Source: Bacteroidales bacterium (GTDB lineage: Bacteria; Bacteroidota; Bacteroidia; Bacteroidales; UBA10428). Taken from it: a stretch of 64,000 nucleotides of DNA. Position numbers and translations under genes: made by a program. The notes under the pieces are model-generated. The model had not been told where the DNA came from. It worked only from the letters and a program-made list of their open reading frames with translations, and did no database searches. How positions within the stretch are numbered: position 1 is the first letter of the stretch; every line of letters begins with the position of its first letter. Shown here piece after piece: positions 1 to 7,347 of this stretch. The stretch lies in assembly GCA_016931575.1 (NCBI GenBank), contig JAFGEO010000004.1, positions 172 to 64,171 of the forward strand, written 5' to 3'.

Positions 1-1262
1 CTGAAAGTTATCTCTTCCAGGCGGTGGGCACACCATCCCGCAATACGCGAAACAGCAAAAATCGGGGTGAAGAGCTCTTTCGGGATACTGATCAGTTGGT
101 ATACAAATCCTGAATAGAAGTCGACATTCGGACTTACCGTTTTGGATCCACCCTTAAATTTGGCAAAAACTTCCGGCGCCAGCTCTTCGATGTAATCGTA
201 TAATTTAAACTCTTCCAGTTTACCTTTTTCTGCAGCAAGTTCACGGGCTTTTTCTTTGAGCAGTATAGCCCTTGGATCAGAGAGGGTGTAAATGGCATGG
301 CCTATACCGTATATTTTACCGGATCTGTCCCCGACTTCACCTTTAAGGATTTTCATAAGGTATTCTGCGATTTCCTTTTTATCGCCCCAGTCTTTGACAT
401 TCTTTTTAATATCCTTCATCATCTCAATAACCTGCAGGTTTGCTCCTCCGTGAAGGAATCCTTTCAGTGAACCCAATGCTGCGGCAATGGCTGAGTATGA
501 ATCTGTATCAGATGAACTGACCACGCGGGTTGTAAACGATGAGTTATTACCACCACCGTGTTCAGCATGCAGAACCAGGTTCAGGTCAATAATATCCGCT
601 TCGAGGCGGCTGTATTTCTCACCTTTCAGAAGGTAGATGAAGTTCTCGGCAGTACTCAATCCCGGATCAGGGTGACGGATAACCAGTGATTTCCGCTGAT
701 AGGAATGACGGAACCCAAAATAAGAATAGGCTGTTATCACCGGGAATTTGGCGATCAGGTCGAGAGACTGCCGCAACACGTTCATTCCAGAGTGATCTTC
801 GGCAAGATCATCCAGGGTATAGAGTATCAGCACCGAACGGGCCAACATGTTCATAATGTTCTTACCCCGCAATGAAAGGATCATATTTTTGGTAAAGTAC
901 TGGGGCAGATCCCGTAATCCTGCCAGGTGGGAGGTAAACTGTGATATTTCCGTTTTATCCGGAAGTTTTCCGGATAGCAACAGAAAAACAGTTTCATCAA
1001 ATCCGTGTCTGTTGTCATCCTGGAATCCTTTTACAAGATCCGTGATGCTGATCCCCCTGTAATAGAGCCGACCCTCAGTTGGCTTTACAATGTCTCCTTC
1101 TTTTTCATAGCCGACAACATCACCAATATTGGTTAATCCAACAAGTACACCGGATCCATCCTGGTTACGAAGCCCCCTCTTCACATTAAAGCGGGAGTAT
1201 AATTCTTTATCAATTTGAGATGAATCAAACGAATATTTGCCTAGTTTTTCCAGTAAATCCAT
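1..1262 (-). CDS. gltA: citrate synthase (first ~420 codons; ORF continues past the left window edge)
   Basis: Reverse-strand ATG at 1262..1260. Hand translation gives MDLLEKLGKYSFDSSQIDKELYSRFNVKRGLRNQDGSGVLV... The region around 540-580 reads LVLHAEHGGGNNS, the citrate synthase active-site His region. There is no stop before position 1, so it is absent from the supplied ORF track. Confidence 0.85.
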   Translation of the reverse strand, partial: MDLLEKLGKYSFDSSQIDKELYSRFNVKRGLRNQDGSGVLVGLTNIGDVVGYEKEGDIVKPTEGRLYYRGISITDLVKGFQDDNRHGFDETVFLLLSGKLPDKTEISQFTSHLAGLRDLPQYFTKNMILSLRGKNIMNMLARSVLILYTLDDLAEDHSGMNVLRQSLDLIAKFPVITAYSYFGFRHSYQRKSLVIRHPDPGLSTAENFIYLLKGEKYSRLEADIIDLNLVLHAEHGGGNNSSFTTRVVSSSDTDSYSAIAAALGSLKGFLHGGANLQVIEMMKDIKKNVKDWGDKKEIAEYLMKILKGEVGDRSGKIYGIGHAIYTLSDPRAILLKEKARELAAEKGKLEEFKLYDYIEELAPEVFAKFKGGSKTVSPNVDFYSGFVYQLISIPKELFTPIFAVSRIAGWCAHRLEEITF

Positions 1263-1291
1263 GTTCGTATTTTTTCAGGTTAGTACTCTGT

Positions 1292-2542
1292 TTATTGTCT
1301 TATCTGTCCGTCACCAAAGATGATATACTTGGCTGAAGTAAGCTCCCGAAGCCCCATGGGACCCCGGACATGTAGCTTCTGGTTGCTGATTCCCATTTCT
1401 GCTCCCAATCCGAATTCATTTCCATCGGTAAACCTGGTAGAAGCATTAATGTAGCATGCTGCAGAATCCACCTCGTTCAAAAACTGCATTCCCTTGCTGT
1501 AATTCTCCGTCACGATGGCATCGCTGTGATGCGAACCGTATTTATTGATGTGGGCAATGGCCTCATCGCTTGAAGAAACTGTACGTATTGAGAGGATGAG
1601 ATCCAGGTATTCAGTGCTCCAGTCTTCTTCCGAAGCAGTTTTGATATCTTTAAGATACGATTTTGTTTTTGAACAGCCACGTAATTCGACATTCACCTTA
1701 TCGAATTCTTCCTTCATTTTTGGTAAAAATTCAGGCGCGATTTTTTCATGTACCAGCAGAGTTTCCATGGAGTTGCAAACTCCGGGTCGCTGTACTTTGG
1801 CATTATAAGCAATGGAAACAGCCTTTTCAATATTGGCAAATTCATCCACATAGGTGTGGCAAATTCCCTGATCGTGCCGGATTACCGGAATAAGCGAATG
1901 TTCTTCCACGAATCGGATCAGATTAAGTCCTCCTCTGGGAATGATCACATCAATATGCTCGCGCATGCGCAATAGTTCCTTAACAGATTCCCGGTCCGTA
2001 TCCTCAATAATCTCCACAGCAGATTCAGGCAGTCCTGCCCTTCTCAGTCCTTTCCTAATGATCCCTGTCAAGGCCAGGTTTGAATTCAGGGCATCCGACC
2101 CCCCCCTCAGAATGACCCCATTGGCTGATTTGATGGTCAGAGCCGCCACCTCAATGCAAACATTCGGGCGACTTTCAAAAATGATGCCTATTACGCCAAG
2201 GGGCATCCTCATCTGACCAACGCGTAAACCATTGGGCAGGGTGCTCATCCCTATAATCTCACCTACCGGGTCTTTCAGACTGATCACATCGTTCAGCACC
2301 CTGATCATGTCATTGATCCTCTTATCATTTAATTCCAGACGATCCAGGAATGCGCTGGTCAATCCTTTTTCCTTTCCGTCTTTCAAATCGTTTTCATTGG
2401 CAGATTTCAGCTCACTACGGGAGGCTTCAATTTCCTCCGCAATCATAGCCAGTGCGTAATTCTTTTTTTCAGTTGTGAGCTTTACCAGCTCACGGCTGGC
2501 TGCCTTTGCATTGTTCCCTTTGTCAAGGAGTGTCTGGTTCAT
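1292..2542 (-). CDS. proA: gamma-glutamyl phosphate reductase
   Basis: 416 aa. ALDH-fold ProA motifs are present: 'IIFESRPNV' and 'PGVCNSMETLLVH'. Its start overlaps the proB stop by 4 nt. Confidence 0.93.
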   Translation of the reverse strand: MNQTLLDKGNNAKAASRELVKLTTEKKNYALAMIAEEIEASRSELKSANENDLKDGKEKGLTSAFLDRLELNDKRINDMIRVLNDVISLKDPVGEIIGMSTLPNGLRVGQMRMPLGVIGIIFESRPNVCIEVAALTIKSANGVILRGGSDALNSNLALTGIIRKGLRRAGLPESAVEIIEDTDRESVKELLRMREHIDVIIPRGGLNLIRFVEEHSLIPVIRHDQGICHTYVDEFANIEKAVSIAYNAKVQRPGVCNSMETLLVHEKIAPEFLPKMKEEFDKVNVELRGCSKTKSYLKDIKTASEEDWSTEYLDLILSIRTVSSSDEAIAHINKYGSHHSDAIVTENYSKGMQFLNEVDSAACYINASTRFTDGNEFGLGAEMGISNQKLHVRGPMGLRELTSAKYIIFGDGQIRQ

Positions 2543-3372
2543 GCCTGATAGTTATTTAAAATGACTTTATCTTTTCTGGCGACAAAGTGAGTACCTATTT
2601 CTTTTCCTTCAAGGATACTGAAAATAATTGACGGATCGCTCCCATTGGTAATTACCGTATCGATGCCGGCCTCCAGACAGATCTTAGCCGCTGATATCTT
2701 GGTAATCATCCCTCCGGTTCCAAAGGATGTCCCTGTACCGGTAGCCAGTTTTTCCAGTTCAGGAGTGATAGCTTCCACGGAATGGATGATTTCAGCGCCC
2801 TTCTGCTTTTTTGGATCGGCTGAGTATAAGCCGTCAATATCACTCAGAAGAATTAACAAATCAGCATCGACTAATGTTGCAACGTTTGCTGAAAGTGTGT
2901 CATTATCCCCAAAATTTCCACCATACCCAATTTCGTAGGTCGAAATGGTATCGTTTTCATTGATAATTGGTATAATCCCCATTTTCAGTAAGTTAAGCAA
3001 AGTGTTTCTTGCATTTTCGTGCCTTTCGGCGATCGTGACAATATCCTTGGTCAATAGAACCTGGGCAACAATCTGATTGTATTCCTCAAAGAATTTCTGA
3101 TAGATTTTTATTAATTCTGCCTGGCCGATTGCAGCCAGGGCCTGCTTAGTAGCCAGGTCAGCCGGTTTTTCGATCATCCCTATCCTGCCTGCACCCACTC
3201 CGATCGCCCCGGATGATACCAGGATGATCTCGAGTTCTTTATTGCGAAGAGCACTAAGTATAAATGCAAGGTTAGCTATTCGCTGAAAGTTAAGGCGACC
3301 ATTCGGATAGGAAAGGGAGGAGGTCCCGACCTTAACCACAATTCTCTTTTTCTGTTTCAAAACTCTTCTCAT
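2539..3372 (-). CDS. proB: glutamate 5-kinase (short form, no PUA domain)
   Basis: 277 aa. Amino-acid-kinase motifs are present: 'VVKVGTSSL', 'VSSGAIGVG', 'INENDT', 'GDNDTLSA', 'GTGGMITK'. Confidence 0.9.
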   Translation of the reverse strand: MRRVLKQKKRIVVKVGTSSLSYPNGRLNFQRIANLAFILSALRNKELEIILVSSGAIGVGAGRIGMIEKPADLATKQALAAIGQAELIKIYQKFFEEYNQIVAQVLLTKDIVTIAERHENARNTLLNLLKMGIIPIINENDTISTYEIGYGGNFGDNDTLSANVATLVDADLLILLSDIDGLYSADPKKQKGAEIIHSVEAITPELEKLATGTGTSFGTGGMITKISAAKICLEAGIDTVITNGSDPSIIFSILEGKEIGTHFVARKDKVILNNYQA

Positions 3373-3379
3373 ATCCCCA

Positions 3380-4060
3380 CTAGCTCCTGTTTACTATTAT
3401 TTCATCTATCGAATTAGGGAAAAGAAGCGCTTCTTCCTTAATTCCATGCAATTCCGTACACGTCTTTTCAAGCTCATTAAACAGCTCATCTTCATCAGCA
3501 ACCATCTTGGCAGCAAGATTTCCCCTGGGCTGGATGATATACTTGCTGTTGGTATCCATTTTTATCAGAATAATGTCTGCTTCCGTAATTTTTGCTACCT
3601 GCAGCGCCAGGCGGTAATTATCTTCGAGCTGGATATCCGTAAGGGAAACCGCATCATTTTCATTTACAACCGGGATAATGTTCCGGTCGAGTAAAGTATT
3701 AAAGGTATTTTGTGTATTCTTAACCCGTTCCGGGCTATCCATTATATCGGCAGTCAGCAAAACCTGTGCAACAATCTGGTTATACTGATCAAAGTAATGC
3801 TGGTAGAACCGGATGAGCTCCGCTTGTCCGATAGCAGCAATAGCCTGCATGTCCATATAGGATTTTGGTTGCTCCTTCAAGCCCAGTTTATCCGTGCCCA
3901 GTGCGATGGCACCGGAACTTACCACGATCACCTGTTTTCCTCCGTTATTCAGATTCGATAATACCATGGCCAGCCTGTCCATTTTCCGATGGTTTAGCTT
4001 CCCATCGGAATTGGAAAGGGTTGATATCTCTATCCTTACAACAATTCTTGAGCGGCACAT
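3380..4060 (-). CDS. glutamate-5-kinase-like paralogue with degenerate catalytic motifs (possible pseudoenzyme)
   Basis: 226 aa. It shares 'VVSSGAI', 'AAIGQAELI..YQ..F..YNQIVAQVLLT' and 'IPVVNEND' with the adjacent ProB. However, it has 'VVRIEISTL' in place of 'VVKVGTSSL' and 'EDNYRLAL' in place of 'GDNDTLSA'. It also lacks the C-terminal GGMxTK loop. It sits 4 nt after argH and 7 nt before proB. Confidence 0.6.
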   Translation of the reverse strand: MCRSRIVVRIEISTLSNSDGKLNHRKMDRLAMVLSNLNNGGKQVIVVSSGAIALGTDKLGLKEQPKSYMDMQAIAAIGQAELIRFYQHYFDQYNQIVAQVLLTADIMDSPERVKNTQNTFNTLLDRNIIPVVNENDAVSLTDIQLEDNYRLALQVAKITEADIILIKMDTNSKYIIQPRGNLAAKMVADEDELFNELEKTCTELHGIKEEALLFPNSIDEIIVNRS

Positions 4061-4064
4061 ATTC

Positions 4065-5396
4065 TTAGCTTAACAATTTTTTTTCTGCTTCAATAATTTT
4101 TTCTTTCTGAAATCCATTCATGATTTCATTAAATTTCTCCATGATCCGGTCGTTACACAAATTTCCCAGGCTCCCTTCATGCGTATGGTGAAGCGATTTT
4201 TCAGGATTGAATTCGCCCTGATTTATCCGCTGACCAACTAATTGGTATGCTTCCCGAAATGGAATCCCTTTGAGAACCTCGCGGTTTACCTCTTCCACAG
4301 AGAATATATACTGATATTTTTCATCATCAAGCAAGCCATCCTTCACCCGGATATTTTCCATGGCAAACTGAGCAATGGCCAGGCAATCCATCAAGGTGTC
4401 AAAAGACCCCAGGAATCCTTCCTTTATAATCTGCATGTCCCGGAAATACCCTGAGGGAAGATTATTGGTAAGCAGGGTAATCTCCTGCGGCAAGGATTGC
4501 AGTTTATTGCACTTTGCGCGTAACAATTCAAAAACATCCGGATTCTTTTTATGCGGCATAATACTTGAGCCGGTGGTCAACTCCTCGGGAAGACCAATAA
4601 ACCCGAAATTCTGATTCATGAACAGACAGGCATCATAGGCCAGTCGGGAAAGTGTAGCCGCAACTGATGCCAGGGCCGATGCCACGATCCTTTCCATCTT
4701 ACCCCTTCCCATCTGAGCATAGACCACATTATAGTTCATCCGCTCAAATCCCAGCAAGTCAGTCGTCATCTGACGGTCAATAGGAAACGATGAGCCATAG
4801 CCAGCCGCAGAACCCAGGGGATTCTGATTGGCAATACGAAATGCTGATTGCAATACCAGCAAATCATCGGAAAGGCTTTCGGCATAGGCTCCAAACCATA
4901 GCCCAAAAGATGAGGGCATGGCTACCTGCAAATGGGTATAGCCGGGCATAAGCCTATCCTTATGAGTATCGCTCAGACGTATCAGCGTCTGGAAGAGATT
5001 TTCCATCGATTCAGCTACGGCCAGTATACCGGCCCGACTGAAAAGTTTCAGGTCCAGCAGCACCTGGTCATTTCTGGACCGGGCACTGTGAATTTTCTTT
5101 CCGGTATTCCCGATTTTTTTTGTAAGCATGAATTCAACCTGTGAATGCACATCCTCAATGCCTTCCTCAATCACAAATTTTCCTGCTTCAATTTCCTTAT
5201 AAATCATCTTCAGTTCAGCCCGGATCTCCTTCAGTTCCTGATTTGAAAGCAAGCCAACTTTCTCCAGCATAATACAATGAGCTATCGAACCCAAAACATC
5301 GTATTGCGCCAATAACAGGTCGAGTTCACGGTCGCGACCGACCGTAAACTTTTCGATCCTTTTATTTACATCCGTCTCTTTCTGCCAGAGTTTCAT
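4065..5396 (-). CDS. argH: argininosuccinate lyase
   Basis: 443 aa with the fumarate-lyase signature 'GSSIMPHKKNPD'. It is adjacent to argG. Confidence 0.95.
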   Translation of the reverse strand: MKLWQKETDVNKRIEKFTVGRDRELDLLLAQYDVLGSIAHCIMLEKVGLLSNQELKEIRAELKMIYKEIEAGKFVIEEGIEDVHSQVEFMLTKKIGNTGKKIHSARSRNDQVLLDLKLFSRAGILAVAESMENLFQTLIRLSDTHKDRLMPGYTHLQVAMPSSFGLWFGAYAESLSDDLLVLQSAFRIANQNPLGSAAGYGSSFPIDRQMTTDLLGFERMNYNVVYAQMGRGKMERIVASALASVAATLSRLAYDACLFMNQNFGFIGLPEELTTGSSIMPHKKNPDVFELLRAKCNKLQSLPQEITLLTNNLPSGYFRDMQIIKEGFLGSFDTLMDCLAIAQFAMENIRVKDGLLDDEKYQYIFSVEEVNREVLKGIPFREAYQLVGQRINQGEFNPEKSLHHTHEGSLGNLCNDRIMEKFNEIMNGFQKEKIIEAEKKLLS

Positions 5397-5407
5397 GGAA
5401 TGAATTT

Positions 5408-6649
5408 TTATCCTATTTTTCCCTGTTTCCTCAGGATAGCATTGTGAGCCATCAGGCGAATGGCATTGATCTTGATAAAACCCTGGCTGTCCTTTTGATC
5501 AAACCCTCCTTCGATATCCATGCTCGAAAGGTCCTTGTTGTAAAGTGAGCTAGGGGATTCACGGCCATCAATGATCACATTCCCTTTATAAAGTGTCAGG
5601 TAAACGATCCCATCGATCACCTCCTGGCTTTTCTCAATCGCTGCCATCAGGAAATCCATTTCCGGGGAGAACCAGAAACCATTGTAAACAATTTCGCTGA
5701 AGACCGGGGAAAGCATGTTGCGGAGACGCATCACCTCACGGTCCATGGCAATCCCTTCGATATCCATATGTGCCTTGATCAGGATCTCGCCGGCAGGGGT
5801 TTCGTAAACACCACGTGATTTGATGCCGACAAATCGATTCTCCACCATATCCAGCAGTCCAATTCCGTTCATTCCGCCAATCTTGTTCAGATAGACAAAC
5901 AGCTCAAGCGGTTTTTCCTTTACAGTGCCGTCATCCAGGTTAACTACTTTAATAGGATTTCCATCCTTAAAGTGAATCTCCAGGTGTGTTTCCTTATCGG
6001 GTGCATGTTGCGGGGGAACCATTTTCACCAGCATATCCTTCTCAGGTTTATACTTTGGATCTTCCAGAATGCCGGCTTCATGACTTATGTGCATGAGGTT
6101 GTCATCTTCACTGTAGGGTTTTTTCAGGGAAGCTTTAACCGGGATCTGATTCTCTTCGGCATATTTTAACATATCGGTTCTTCCCTTGAACTGATCCAGG
6201 AATTCCTGCATCTTCCAGGGAGCCAATACCTTGATACCAGGATCAAGAGCATAGAAAGCCAATTCGAAACGAACCTGGTCGTTCCCTTTACCCGTTGCAC
6301 CATGCGAAACCCAGGCTGCCCCTTCTTTATGTGCAATTTCAATATGCTTCCGCGCAATCAGAGGACGAGCCAGTGCAGTACCTAATAGATAGCGACCTTC
6401 ATACATTGCATTGGCCTTCACTGCCGGGAAAATATAATCAGTAACGAATTCTTCCTGTAAGTTTTCAATGTATACTTTTGAAGCACCAATTTTCAACGCC
6501 TTCTCCTTTACCTCCTCAAAATTCTCCTCCTGACCTACATCCGCTACATACGCAATGATCTCATAGCCCTTGTCAATCAACCATTTTAATATCACTGAGG
6601 TGTCCAAACCTCCGCTATACGCCAGTACTACTTTTTTATTGTCAATCAT
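5408..6649 (-). CDS. argG: argininosuccinate synthase
   Basis: 413 aa with the 'AYSGGLDTS' ATP-binding motif and the '[13 protein letters not shown]' signature. Confidence 0.95.
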   Translation of the reverse strand: MIDNKKVVLAYSGGLDTSVILKWLIDKGYEIIAYVADVGQEENFEEVKEKALKIGASKVYIENLQEEFVTDYIFPAVKANAMYEGRYLLGTALARPLIARKHIEIAHKEGAAWVSHGATGKGNDQVRFELAFYALDPGIKVLAPWKMQEFLDQFKGRTDMLKYAEENQIPVKASLKKPYSEDDNLMHISHEAGILEDPKYKPEKDMLVKMVPPQHAPDKETHLEIHFKDGNPIKVVNLDDGTVKEKPLELFVYLNKIGGMNGIGLLDMVENRFVGIKSRGVYETPAGEILIKAHMDIEGIAMDREVMRLRNMLSPVFSEIVYNGFWFSPEMDFLMAAIEKSQEVIDGIVYLTLYKGNVIIDGRESPSSLYNKDLSSMDIEGGFDQKDSQGFIKINAIRLMAHNAILRKQGKIG

Positions 6650-6670
6650 ATCGTTAGTTATTTATATCTG

Positions 6671-6742
6671 AAAAAAGTTGGCCGGAAATTGAGATAGCTT
6701 AGTTTATCTATGAAAAGTGTTCATAACAGTATTCCGGCCAAC
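6671..6742 (-). terminator. branched stem-loop plus U-tract in the argR-argG spacer (argR terminator or argG leader attenuator candidate)
   Basis: An 11-bp outer stem pairs GTTGGCCGGAA (6677-6687) with TTCCGGCCAAC (6732-6742). It encloses two 5-bp hairpins: AGATA/TATCT (6692-6696/6705-6709) and ATGAA/TTCAT (6710-6714/6720-6724). The A6 run at 6671-6676 gives a U-run on the minus strand right after the stem, 22 nt before the argG ATG. Confidence 0.5.
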
Positions 6743-6749
6743 AAATTAA

Positions 6750-7223
6750 TTAAGTCAGTTTATCTTTTAATTCAGGAATAATCAGTACAAGTGCACTCAA
6801 CACATCCCGTTCCGAAACATTATTGTGAGGTATAATCAGTATGGTATCGTCCCCGGCAATGGTTCCGACAATTTCAAATGGATTCGCTGTATCAATAAGT
6901 GCAGCTATTCCGGGGGCATATCCCGGCATTGTTTTAATTACACCCAAATGATGTGCAAACTGGATCGAAGTGAATCCCTGGGCCGCATAATGTTCAGCTA
7001 CTTCATTAATCCCTCCATGCATATCAGGTAATTCATAGATATAACCCTTTTCAGGATCAGCTATTTTATTTACCTTTAAAAACTTCAGGTCTCTGGATAA
7101 GGTAGCCTGAGTAAAATGCAGTCCCATTTTTTCTAGTAGCAACAGAAGTTCTTCCTGACTGGAGATTTTATTATTGGTAATCAGGTTCTTAATAGCAAGT
7201 AACCTTTCTGTTCGATTTCCCAT
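6750..7223 (-). CDS. argR: arginine repressor
   Basis: 157 aa. The N-terminus is a winged helix ('SSQEELLLLLEKMGLHFTQATLSRDLKFL'). The C-terminal domain carries 'GTIAGDDTILII'. Confidence 0.9.
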   Translation of the reverse strand: MGNRTERLLAIKNLITNNKISSQEELLLLLEKMGLHFTQATLSRDLKFLKVNKIADPEKGYIYELPDMHGGINEVAEHYAAQGFTSIQFAHHLGVIKTMPGYAPGIAALIDTANPFEIVGTIAGDDTILIIPHNNVSERDVLSALVLIIPELKDKLT

Positions 7224-7261
7224 TTGTATAATTATTCATTAACCATGCAAAAATATACATA
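7223..7261. promoter_or_regulatory. tandem ARG-box-like operator (two 18-mers separated by 3 bp) in the argR/carB divergent region
   Basis: Box 1 (7223-7240) is ttTGTATaattATTCAtt. Box 2 (7244-7261) is caTGCAAaaatATACAta. Compared with the classical wnTGAATwwwwATTCAnw, box 1 has 1 core mismatch and box 2 has 3. The centre-to-centre offset is 21 bp. Box 1 abuts the argR start codon. Confidence 0.55.
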
Positions 7262-7291
7262 TTTTCTTAATAAACAATACGCGATAAACAA

Positions 7292-7299
7292 AATATTTG
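7292..7299 (+). promoter_or_regulatory. candidate Bacteroidota -7 promoter box for carB
   Basis: AATATTTG differs from the TAnnTTTG consensus at one position. It lies 49 nt upstream of the carB ATG at 7348. Confidence 0.3.
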
Positions 7300-7347
7300 T
7301 ACTTTTGCGCCGGGGAAAAAGATGCATGTATAATATCAAAGAAATCG

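Noticed and set aside
847-1062. A 71-aa plus-strand ORF at the left end.
   Set aside because: It lies antisense inside the citrate synthase coding region, which carries the LHAEHGGGNNS active-site motif on the minus strand.
6710-6724. Palindrome ATGAAaagtgTTCAT considered as an ARG box upstream of argG.
   Set aside because: The half-site spacing is one nucleotide shorter than the TGAAT-N4-ATTCA geometry and there is no tandem partner. It is kept only as part of the structured-spacer finding.
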